Shown: positions 21,219 through 30,674, numbered from the stretch's first letter. The stretch: 41,033 nt of DNA from an uncultured Candidatus Saccharibacteria bacterium (GCA_964363205.1 CAYIHD010000002.1:13988-55020); one strand, 5' to 3'. The notes: generated from the sequence alone by a model not told the origin. Made by a program: numbers and translations.

Positions 21219-21247
21219 TTGACTTGCTTTATCTAACTAGATACAGT
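21219..21247 (+). promoter_or_regulatory. canonical sigma70-type promoter (TTGACT-17-TACAGT)
   Basis: TTGACT (21219-21224), a 17-nt spacer, then TACAGT (21242-21247). Followed by an AGGAG SD and ATG 21276. Confidence 0.5.
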
Positions 21248-21275
21248 ATCGCCAGATTCAACAAGGAGATATGTC

Positions 21276-21703
21276 ATGGACAGCAGTGATATGCAGTTGG
21301 CCACCGGAATTTACGGGCCTTTACCCGGACAGTTCCTCATCGATAAGCAGCAGGCTTACGCGCTGAAAGACAACGAAATGAGCGGCATCGTATTTTGGTG
21401 CATGAGTGGCCGTGGAAAAAACGCAGTCGACAAGAAAAACGCCCCTTTGCGGAACAAATTCCCAAACACGCGGTGCAGGCGAGGGCGCAATATGAACGCG
21501 TTCGCATGCACAAATTCTTCGATCGGCTTATGCTCTTCACGCGGAATACCGAGCGCGACGGCGTCATCATCGCTGTTGGCGTTGACGAATTCTGGTACAC
21601 ACTCGCCACCTGGGATGCCAGCACCGAACACGTGTGGATCCCAGAGTTCGATGAGAGCAACCCAGATCGTCCTCGGCTCACGCGAACTTGCCTGGGTCGC
21701 TGA
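21276..21703 (+). CDS. hypothetical protein (~142 aa) requiring a -1 frameshift at A_AAA_AAC (21416-21422)
   Basis: Frame 0 begins with a strong SD and ATG. Past ~21420 it becomes non-protein-like and runs through a terminator and REP copy C. The -1 frame is protein-like and stops at 21703, 8 nt before an intrinsic terminator. Confidence 0.5.
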
Positions 21704-21711
21704 TACAACGC

Positions 21712-21735
21712 CCCGCGCCACAAGCGCGGGTTTTT
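21712..21735 (+). terminator. intrinsic terminator
   Basis: CCCGCGC-CACAA-GCGCGGG followed by TTTTT. Confidence 0.7.
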
Positions 21736-21745
21736 ATCCACAAGA

Positions 21746-21778
21746 CCAAAACTCGGACATCCGATGTCCGAGTTTTGG
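21746..21778. repeat. REP-like palindrome, copy C (inverted: central base is C)
   Basis: CCAAAACTCGGACATC-C-GATGTCCGAGTTTTGG has 16-bp arms and lies 15 nt upstream of the RAYT-like ATG. Confidence 0.9.
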
Positions 21779-21792
21779 GTTATACTGATTTT

Positions 21793-22434
21793 ATGGAGCT
21801 GTATCATGTACTCAATCGCGGCGTAGACAAACGGACAGTCGCGCAGGACGAGGAGGACCATGTCCGGTTCATGCACGATCTTTTTGTGATGAACGACAAA
21901 AAAGAAATACTGCACTCGGGGCTTGCAAGTCGGTACGTTGAAGGATCGCGCGACTTGTTGGTGCGCATACATGCATTTTGTCTAATGCCAAACCACTATC
22001 ACCTGCTACTTTCCGCTGCGGTTAAAAATGGCATCCCGCAGTTTATGAAAAAGCTCAACATGGGATATGCGAAATATTTCAATGAAAAATATGAACGATC
22101 GGGTGCGCTCTGGCAAGGAAAATATAAAAAGAAATTAATTGAGCGAGACGCACACTTTTTTTATATTCCTTACTATATTCATCTCAATGCGCTCGACCTT
22201 TCGATGCCACAATGGCGAGAAGGAAAAGTGCAAAATATTTCCAAAGCTTTGGACAAACTCCGGGAATACCGATGGAGCAGCCATCTAGATTATCTTGGAA
22301 AGCCCAACTTCCCGTCCATTACCGAGCGTGAGTTTTTAGCAAGCACTATTGGCACACGTGCGCGATATGAAAAAGAAATAGGAAACATTATTAGCAGATC
22401 AGACATTGCGACAGGTAGTTTCTCGATAGAATAG
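21793..22434 (+). CDS. IS200/IS605-family HUH Y1 transposase, RAYT-like (213 aa)
   Basis: YHVLNRG N-terminus, HUH motif CLMPNHYHLLL, GALWQGKYK, and a Tyr motif YYIHLNAL. TATACT (21782-21787) lies 5 nt upstream of ATG 21793. Confidence 0.85.
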   Translation: MELYHVLNRGVDKRTVAQDEEDHVRFMHDLFVMNDKKEILHSGLASRYVEGSRDLLVRIHAFCLMPNHYHLLLSAAVKNGIPQFMKKLNMGYAKYFNEKYERSGALWQGKYKKKLIERDAHFFYIPYYIHLNALDLSMPQWREGKVQNISKALDKLREYRWSSHLDYLGKPNFPSITEREFLASTIGTRARYEKEIGNIISRSDIATGSFSIE

Positions 22435-22435
22435 A

Positions 22436-22472
22436 GCCCAAAACTCGGACATCGGATGTCCGAGTTTTGGGC
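22436..22472. repeat. REP-like palindrome, copy D (longest)
   Basis: GCCCAAAACTCGGACATC-G-GATGTCCGAGTTTTGGGC has 18-bp arms. It lies between the convergent RAYT-like and gyrB stop codons. Confidence 0.9.
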
Positions 22473-22477
22473 TGGAT

Positions 22478-24565
<2,088 letters not shown>

Positions 24566-24613
24566 CTACCAAATATAAGGGCAAATTGGAAGGCCTGTGT
24601 GGGGAAAAGAAGC

Positions 24614-24641
24614 TTGCAAAATAAGGCTATTGTGGTACTAT
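24614..24641 (+). promoter_or_regulatory. putative promoter TTGCAA-16-TACTAT (with TGg extension)
   Basis: TTGCAA (24614-24619) and TGGTACTAT (24633-24641), upstream of the 24672 gene. Confidence 0.4.
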
Positions 24642-24671
24642 CGCGACAGACGTAACCAAGGGGGATGCCCG

Positions 24672-25139
24672 ATGAAACAGCTAGGTCTGGCGGGGCTGGT
24701 AATCCTCGCTGTTCTCGCATTGTGTCCGGGGCTTGCCCGGGGCGATATCATCATCGTAAGAGACAGCGGCGGCCGGATTTTGGAGTACGTGGAGCGGTTT
24801 CTCCAGGTGCGCAAGTCAGGTGGAAGAGTGTTCGTCGACGGCGAGTGCGCCTCCGCGTGTACGCTTGTCCTCGGACTCATTCCGCCGGAACGGATATGTG
24901 TCACCGGGAGGGCAAAGTTTAGTTTCCACTCGGCATCAAGGCCCGACGAGAACGGCCTTCCTGTCTACAGCAAATTGGGAACTGAAGCCATGTTGGAGCT
25001 ATACCCGCCCGAGATTAACCGTTGGCTTAAAAAGAACGGCGGACTTACTCCCAAACTTATATATCTTGAGGGAGCTGAATTGGCCAGGATGTACCAACGG
25101 TGCCCACCGCAGGCACTTCAAGCCCACGGACTATACTAA
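24672..25139 (+). CDS. hypothetical secreted protein (155 aa)
   Basis: ATG follows AAGGGGG. Signal peptide MKQLGLAGLVILAVLALCPGLARG. Contains the motif DGECASACTLVLG. A strong terminator follows. Confidence 0.75.
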   Translation: MKQLGLAGLVILAVLALCPGLARGDIIIVRDSGGRILEYVERFLQVRKSGGRVFVDGECASACTLVLGLIPPERICVTGRAKFSFHSASRPDENGLPVYSKLGTEAMLELYPPEINRWLKKNGGLTPKLIYLEGAELARMYQRCPPQALQAHGLY

Positions 25140-25146
25140 TCGACCC

Positions 25147-25172
25147 CGCCCAGCTAAGCTGGGCGTTTTTTT
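25147..25172 (+). terminator. intrinsic terminator
   Basis: CGCCCAGC-TAA-GCTGGGCG followed by T7. The T-run overlaps the pheT stop codon. Confidence 0.75.
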
Positions 25173-26970
25173 ATCTTATTTCGAAGCCTTTCGCTTTTAG
25201 GGCGGTGGAGACTTTTTCCATAATTATATTTACCTCCGCCTCGGTGAGCGTGCGGTCAAACGACTGGAAAATAATCCGGTACGCCAGGGAGGTCCGACCT
25301 TCCTTGGAGAAGGTATCGAACAATGAGATTTTGTGAGCCAACTCCCCCGCCTCGTCTTTTATCGTTTGTTGTACTTGTTGTTCGTTGTTTGTTGGCGATG
25401 TCCACATCGCTATATCGCGCACAATGTACGGGTATTTTGAAAAGTGCTCAAAACGCTTCGCTGTCGACAGCGGCAACGCCTCGTAGGCACTTGCATCTGC
25501 CGGTGCCAGTGTCTTTTCGGATGCTTTTTGCTTTTCGGTAATCGTGCCGAGCATCATCGACTCTGTGCCGTCTTTCCAAACAGTCCCTATCTCAAATAAT
25601 TTAATTTCTTTAAGCCCCAGCAAATCTTTGTTCGGCTTGTTTTTGGCAAGAGCCTCCGTAAGCCCCGGCACCAAACTGTCACGCAAGTACGGTCGTACCG
25701 AGTCGACCTTGTTAAGCACCATCCGCTCGCCCTTGTCCGCAAAGACGCTCGTAAACACTTCCGAATAGCCCTGTTGCACCAACTCCTCGCGCGCGCGCTC
25801 AGCCGCAAAAAAATTCTTATTTATCTCTGTAGACATTCCATGTCTACAAGCAGGCAGAGGCACGGCGGGGATTCTGTCGTAGCCGACGATACGCCCGACC
25901 TCCTCAACCAAATCTTCGGGAATACTCAGGTCGAGCCGCTCAAACGGCACCGTTACTTCGAACACACCCTCTTGCTCTTTGTACGGCAAGCCAAGCCGCA
26001 CAAATACGTCGGTGATGTCCGCACCGGTCAGCCGGGTGCCGAGCACTTTGTTTACTTTCTCCACGGTGACATTGGCGTACATCGGTTTTTGCGGCTCGGG
26101 GTATGCGTCGACAAATCCCGCCAATTCGCCGCCGGCGAGTTTTTGTATAAGCTCAACCACCGACTGCATACCAAAGGCCGCGAGCTCCGGAGATATAACC
26201 TGCTCGAAGCGCGTCGATGCATCGGTGCGCAACTTGAGAGCGGCGGCGGTCTTGCGCACCGACACGCCGTCAAAGTTAGCGGACTCGATGACTATATCCT
26301 TGGTAGATTCGTCTATAGCAGCCGGCATGCCGCCCTTAACGCCGGCAATGCCCACCGGCGCGTCTCCTGCGGTAATCACCAACATCGAGTCTTTGAGCGT
26401 GTAGCTTTTTTTATCGAGCGCAATCATGACCTCGTCGTTTTGTGCGGCGCGCACACCAAGGGCAAGGCTACCGAGTTTGCCGGCATCAAATGCGTGCAGG
26501 GGCTGGCCGAGGTTAAACATGACAAAGTTGGTCGCATCGACAACGTTGTTGATAGAACGCTGACCTATGGCCGCTAAGCGCTGTTTGAGCCACTCCGGCG
26601 ACGGCCCGACTTTTACCCCTTTGATATACCCCGCGATATACCGCTTACAGAGAACGGTTCTCTGTATATCGACCGTAACCTCGGCAGTTTTAGGCAGTAA
26701 GTCAGACTTACCGGAAAGCGGGTCGTTGGCGAGAGGAATTTTTAAAATAGCCGACAATTCTTTGGCGATGCCGCGATGGCTGAGGCAATCGTGTCCGCGG
26801 TTCGGCGTCACCTTAACATCCAGCACCCAATCTTTGGGAGAATCTGATTCTCCCACTTTTTCTATACCGTCTATTTCAAAAGCATGAAAGGTGAGCGCGT
26901 CTGCAAGCGTCGATGCATCGGGCAACGGTGCGTCAAAAAATTTATCCAGCCAAAGCTTGCTTATTTTCAT
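25171..26970 (-). CDS. pheT: phenylalanyl-tRNA synthetase beta subunit (599 aa, lacks the N-terminal tRNA-binding OB-fold domain)
   Basis: MKISKLWLDKF...VTPNRGHDCLSHRGIA. B3/4, B5 and ferredoxin-fold anticodon-binding (FDX-ACB)-like regions are present. Start is ATG 26970. Confidence 0.9.
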   Translation of the reverse strand: MKISKLWLDKFFDAPLPDASTLADALTFHAFEIDGIEKVGESDSPKDWVLDVKVTPNRGHDCLSHRGIAKELSAILKIPLANDPLSGKSDLLPKTAEVTVDIQRTVLCKRYIAGYIKGVKVGPSPEWLKQRLAAIGQRSINNVVDATNFVMFNLGQPLHAFDAGKLGSLALGVRAAQNDEVMIALDKKSYTLKDSMLVITAGDAPVGIAGVKGGMPAAIDESTKDIVIESANFDGVSVRKTAAALKLRTDASTRFEQVISPELAAFGMQSVVELIQKLAGGELAGFVDAYPEPQKPMYANVTVEKVNKVLGTRLTGADITDVFVRLGLPYKEQEGVFEVTVPFERLDLSIPEDLVEEVGRIVGYDRIPAVPLPACRHGMSTEINKNFFAAERAREELVQQGYSEVFTSVFADKGERMVLNKVDSVRPYLRDSLVPGLTEALAKNKPNKDLLGLKEIKLFEIGTVWKDGTESMMLGTITEKQKASEKTLAPADASAYEALPLSTAKRFEHFSKYPYIVRDIAMWTSPTNNEQQVQQTIKDEAGELAHKISLFDTFSKEGRTSLAYRIIFQSFDRTLTEAEVNIIMEKVSTALKAKGFEIR

Positions 26971-26972
26971 AT

Positions 26973-27698
26973 CTAAAATTGATTGATGAACCGCAGGTCG
27001 GCGGAGTGCATGTACCGGACGTCGTCTATCCCCCACTTAAGCATCGCCAAGCGGTCCAGCCCCATACCAAACGCAAACCCCTGATATTTTTTAGGGTCGA
27101 TACCGGCGTTTTTGAGCACAGCCGGGTGCACCATGCCGGCACCCATCATTTCTATCCATTTGTCTTTCAACTTTTCCGGAACCGCATCACCCACCAGTCG
27201 CATATCCACCTCTACGCCGGGCTCGACAAACGGAAAGAAGCTCGGACGAAAGCGTATTTCCACCTGCGCGCCTTTAAACATATTTTTTAAAAAGGATTCG
27301 AGCGTGCCCTTTAAATGCGACAGAGAAATATCTTCCCCGACCACCAACCCTTCTATTTGCGTAAACTCCGCCTCATGTGTCATGTCGGTCGCCTCGTTGC
27401 GGAAGACTTTGCCGGGGACAATCACGCGGTACGGCGGTAGGGCGCCCTTTTTTATCTGCGACTCCATGTAGCGCACCTGCACCGGAGAGGTGTGTGTGCG
27501 CAAAACATGCTCCGGCATATCCTTTATAAAAAAAGTGTCCTGCATGTCTCGGCTCGGATGGTCCTTCGGCACGTTGAGCGCGTCAAAGTTGTACCGCTCG
27601 CTCTCCAGCAGAGGCCCTTCGGCGAACGTAAAGCCCATATCAAAAAATATTCTGTTGGCCTCGCGTATAAGAGATGCTATCGGATGAATACTGCCCAT
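26973..27698 (-). CDS. pheS: phenylalanyl-tRNA synthetase alpha subunit, N-terminally short (241 aa; alternative TTG start at 27728)
   Basis: Contains HPSRDMQDTFF, FRNEATD.THEAEF.Q.EG and GAGMVHP. Confidence 0.9.
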   Translation of the reverse strand: MGSIHPIASLIREANRIFFDMGFTFAEGPLLESERYNFDALNVPKDHPSRDMQDTFFIKDMPEHVLRTHTSPVQVRYMESQIKKGALPPYRVIVPGKVFRNEATDMTHEAEFTQIEGLVVGEDISLSHLKGTLESFLKNMFKGAQVEIRFRPSFFPFVEPGVEVDMRLVGDAVPEKLKDKWIEMMGAGMVHPAVLKNAGIDPKKYQGFAFGMGLDRLAMLKWGIDDVRYMHSADLRFINQF

Positions 27699-27730
27699 CG
27701 GATTAAAGTATCGCTCAAAAAGCGTCAAAA

Positions 27731-27739
27731 TGCTATACT
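27731..27739 (+). promoter_or_regulatory. extended -10 box TGCTATACT, 8 nt upstream of ATG 27748
   Basis: Identical 9-mer to the boxes at rnr and rnhB. It overlaps the track's ATG at 27730, which argues for the 27748 start. Confidence 0.4.
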
Positions 27740-27747
27740 GGCACGGT

Positions 27748-28986
27748 ATGGATGCGGGGGCGCTCGGCCTTTATGTATGCTTGTTCATCGCCCTCTACTT
27801 TGAGGTTTTTTTGATGATCTCATTTTTTGAGAAGCGGCCGTCAAAAAAAGACGCTTCTCTGCCGGAGCGCTACCCCGTGGTATCGATGCTGGTGCCGTGT
27901 TTTAACGAGGAAAAGACGCTCGCGGGCACGATAGAGTCGCTGTTGGCGATGCACTACCCCAAAGATAAGCTCGAGATAGTGGTGATAGACGACGGCTCGC
28001 GCGACAACACCGCAACAATAGCGCGGGAATATGCTCAAAAATATCCTGCCCAAGTCAGCTTCCTCCAAAAGGAGAACGGCGGCAAATACACCGCGCTCAA
28101 CCTCGGTATAGAAAACTCGCGCGGCGAAATAATAGGATGCCTCGACGCGGACTCCTTTGCGGCGCAAGACGCGCTTATGGAGGCGGTAAAAATGTTCGGG
28201 AGCGACGCAGGGGCAATGGCCATCACTCCGGCGATGCAGGTCTACCAGCCGCGCAAAATGCTGGAGCTCATGCAGTCGGTCGAATACACATTCGGCATCT
28301 TTTATAAAAAAATGTTCGACAACCTGTCCGCCATCAACGTCCTGCCGGGACCCTTTTCGATGTATAAGCGCGAGGTGTTCGAAAAAATAGGCATGTTTAA
28401 GCACGCGCACAATACCGAGGACATGGAAATAGCTTTCCGCATGCACGCCAATGGCCTGCGCATCGTCAACGCGCACACGGCGTATGTATATACCACGGTG
28501 CCCAAAACGGTGCGCAGCCTGCTCAAGCAGCGCGTACGATGGTCGCAAGGATTCCTGCAGAACGCACGCGACTACAAGTTTATGTTTTTTAGGCGCAAGT
28601 ACGGCAACTTCGGGATGCTCGTGCTGCCGTTTGCGCTCAGCGCTTTTATATCCGGTATTTACGCGGCTTTGTATGTAGGGTACCGGTTTATATCGCTCGG
28701 CGCGGAGCGCATCATCGACCGCTTTACGACTGGCGTCCCGTTTGTACTCCCCCACCTGCCAACAATAGACCTGTTCTCTATTAACATGGGAATGATGTCG
28801 TTTGTCATCGCCGCGGTGATAGCCCTGACGCTCGTTGCCATCTGGATAGGCAGCATCATAGCCAAGACGCGCCTCGGCCCCAAAGCGTTTCTTGCGTATT
28901 TTGCTTTTTTTGGACTGCTTGCACCGCTGTGGCTCATCCGCGCCGCTTGGGGCGCGGCACTTGCGCGGGAGAGCGCTTGGAGATAG
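27748..28986 (+). CDS. family 2 glycosyltransferase, membrane-integrated processive type (PgaC/IcaA/cellulose-synthase-like)
   Basis: Contains VIDDGSRDNT, CLDADS and the Q-x-x-RW motif QRVRWSQG. TM helices flank the catalytic domain. The track start is 27730. Confidence 0.85.
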   Translation: MDAGALGLYVCLFIALYFEVFLMISFFEKRPSKKDASLPERYPVVSMLVPCFNEEKTLAGTIESLLAMHYPKDKLEIVVIDDGSRDNTATIAREYAQKYPAQVSFLQKENGGKYTALNLGIENSRGEIIGCLDADSFAAQDALMEAVKMFGSDAGAMAITPAMQVYQPRKMLELMQSVEYTFGIFYKKMFDNLSAINVLPGPFSMYKREVFEKIGMFKHAHNTEDMEIAFRMHANGLRIVNAHTAYVYTTVPKTVRSLLKQRVRWSQGFLQNARDYKFMFFRRKYGNFGMLVLPFALSAFISGIYAALYVGYRFISLGAERIIDRFTTGVPFVLPHLPTIDLFSINMGMMSFVIAAVIALTLVAIWIGSIIAKTRLGPKAFLAYFAFFGLLAPLWLIRAAWGAALARESAWR

Positions 28987-28990
28987 TGTA

Positions 28991-29071
28991 GGAAAAGCTT
29001 TTTTATAAAACCTAGGCGGGGGCGGCCAAAGGGAACACTTTGGGGTTAAGGGTTTTTAAAAAAGCTTTTCC
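28991..29071. other. 81-nt structured intergenic element (15-bp perfect inverted repeat enclosing an inner hairpin)
   Basis: GGAAAAGCTTTTTTA (28991-29005) pairs with TAAAAAAGCTTTTCC (29057-29071). Inner hairpin is CCAAAG-GGAACA-CTTTGG (29026-29043). Confidence 0.5.
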
Positions 29072-29083
29072 GGAACTCATTAC

Positions 29084-29758
29084 ATGCAATCACAAAAATA
29101 CATACTCACCTTCGTTATAACAGCGGCAATATTTGCCACCGCCTTTTATATCGCCAACAAGTTCGACGCGCAGCGCGTCGCCGACATACGCGCCACGCAG
29201 GAGGCCGTGTCGATAAATATCCTCTCGCTCGAAACCCAGTTTGACCTGCTCGGCAGTCTTTCGTGCTCAACCCTTTCGGACAACCTGGTACTCTCCGACG
29301 AGCTCAACACGCTCGCCGCGCGCCTCTCTGTCGCGGAGGAAAACCTCGGACACGACAACGCGGAGGTTATATCGTTAAAAAAACAATACTCCCTGCTCGA
29401 GATCAAAGACTATCTGCTGATGCAGGAGATAAGCGGCAAGTGCGCCAAGTTTAAGCCGATATACATACTCTACTTTTACTCCAACCAGGGCGACTGCGCC
29501 GACTGCAGCAAGATGGGCGACGTCTTTACCTACCTGCGGCAAACCTATCCGGGCTTGCGCGTATACTCGTTTGACTACCACCTCGACCTCTCGGCTCTGC
29601 GCACGCTTATCACCCTGCGCAAGATAAACGAAAGCAAAGGCCTGCCGGCGTTTGCGGTCAACACCAAGTCGCCGGTCTACGGCTTTAAAACCCTGCAAGA
29701 AATGCAAAAACTTATTCCGGAACTAAAAACCCTCGCCACATCAACGCCGATACAGTAA
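29084..29758 (+). CDS. membrane-anchored thioredoxin-fold-like protein (CxxC)
   Basis: N-terminal TM helix. CADC motif within YFYSNQGDCADCSKMG. 224 aa. Confidence 0.7.
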   Translation: MQSQKYILTFVITAAIFATAFYIANKFDAQRVADIRATQEAVSINILSLETQFDLLGSLSCSTLSDNLVLSDELNTLAARLSVAEENLGHDNAEVISLKKQYSLLEIKDYLLMQEISGKCAKFKPIYILYFYSNQGDCADCSKMGDVFTYLRQTYPGLRVYSFDYHLDLSALRTLITLRKINESKGLPAFAVNTKSPVYGFKTLQEMQKLIPELKTLATSTPIQ

Positions 29759-29779
29759 TTTTGGAGCCAGCGCGAGGAA

Positions 29780-30583
29780 TTATTGGGCTTCAAATTTGCT
29801 GTTTTTATATTCCCAAGCAGGAATCAGGCTAGCATAGCGTTTTTCCAATTCTAAATATTCATCTTTTAAAATAACCTCTAATTTGAGATTTTTATAGCGT
29901 TCTCTGAACTTTTTGTCGCGCTCGATAGAATATTTCCACCAAAAATTCTTTACCTCTACATACGTATCAGTTTCGGGTAGATAAAAATCCGGAGTATAGT
30001 TTTGTCCTCCTATATCGAATACTCGCGGCGCGTACTTCCACTTAACTCCCAGGTGTTTATACAGGCGAGCCATATTTGCCTCCCACCTGCTGTAGAAATA
30101 AATCGATGGATGAACGTCTTTTCGAACACCAGCCTTTCCTCGAGAGGCTCGGGGCGAAGTCGGCTTACTGCCGACAACGCGCATCAAGCAAGCATTACTG
30201 CAGTATTTTGCTTTCTTCCATGGCAAAGAAAGGAATTTCTTCTTACAAAGACCGTTGTGGCAAACAACCTCAACGCGAGGGACTTTTATTGTCCCCTTAT
30301 ATGGATTTGGATTACCCAGAAGACTGTTGGAAATCTTTTTCTTCGTTTCTTCCGTATGTCCGCCACGTAAGACATTGTTACACTTTGCTGCACAACTCTT
30401 TGAGCAGTACCGTTTTGGATCCGAAGGAATTACTGAAAATCTGATTCCACATTCTGACCTTGAACACTCGCGATTTTCTAATTTGTACGGAAAATTCAAA
30501 AGCCTTTTCTTCCAAGCTGCTTTGGCTTTGAGACTCTGCCTATTTTTGTATTCAGGCAGTGCGTACGAGCGATTACTACCCAT
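29780..30583 (-). CDS. NUMOD3-motif / PD-(D/E)xK nuclease-like protein (putative mobile or homing-type endonuclease, 267 aa)
   Basis: Two C..C...YCS..C zinc-ribbon-like units, a NUMOD3-like GHTEETKKKISNSLLGN, and a C-terminal YTPDF...YVEVK nuclease motif. The DNA is visibly AT-richer than its surroundings. Confidence 0.75.
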   Translation of the reverse strand: MGSNRSYALPEYKNRQSLKAKAAWKKRLLNFPYKLENRECSRSECGIRFSVIPSDPKRYCSKSCAAKCNNVLRGGHTEETKKKISNSLLGNPNPYKGTIKVPRVEVVCHNGLCKKKFLSLPWKKAKYCSNACLMRVVGSKPTSPRASRGKAGVRKDVHPSIYFYSRWEANMARLYKHLGVKWKYAPRVFDIGGQNYTPDFYLPETDTYVEVKNFWWKYSIERDKKFRERYKNLKLEVILKDEYLELEKRYASLIPAWEYKNSKFEAQ

Positions 30584-30601
30584 CGCCTTAATTATACCTT
30601 G

Positions 30602-30674
30602 AGCCGGGGGAGGGATTCGAACCCGTCGGCCAACGCATTACAAATGCGCTGCTCTACCTCTGAGCTACCCCGGC
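30602..30674 (-). tRNA. tRNA-Thr (anticodon UGU), no encoded CCA
   Basis: Hand-folded: acceptor GCCGGGG/CCCCGGC, D arm GCTC-AGAGGTA-GAGC, anticodon arm GCGCA-TTTGTAA-TGCGT, T loop TTCGAAT. The T stem needs one bulged C (GA[C]GGG / CCCTC). Confidence 0.8.

Larger units (their letters stand above)
21746..22472 (+). mobile_element. REP-RAYT-like module (HUH/Y1 transposase flanked by inverted REP-like palindromes)
   Basis: Copies C and D bracket the gene and have opposite central bases. See the individual features. Confidence 0.6.

Noticed and set aside
21337-21972. 211-aa minus-strand ORF spanning REP copy C and the RAYT-like 5' end. Also the 170-aa read-through of frame 0 at 21276-21788.
   Set aside because: Both run through an intrinsic terminator and the palindrome, and both conflict with the clearly motif-bearing RAYT-like frame. 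The KTRTSDVRVL peptide they share is only the translation of the palindrome.
1584-22472. Whether the four identical palindromes are a CRISPR array.
   Set aside because: The copies are 0.5-20 kb apart with no regular spacing. They are perfect palindromes, there are no cas genes, and two copies flank a Y1 transposase. They are REP-like, not CRISPR.
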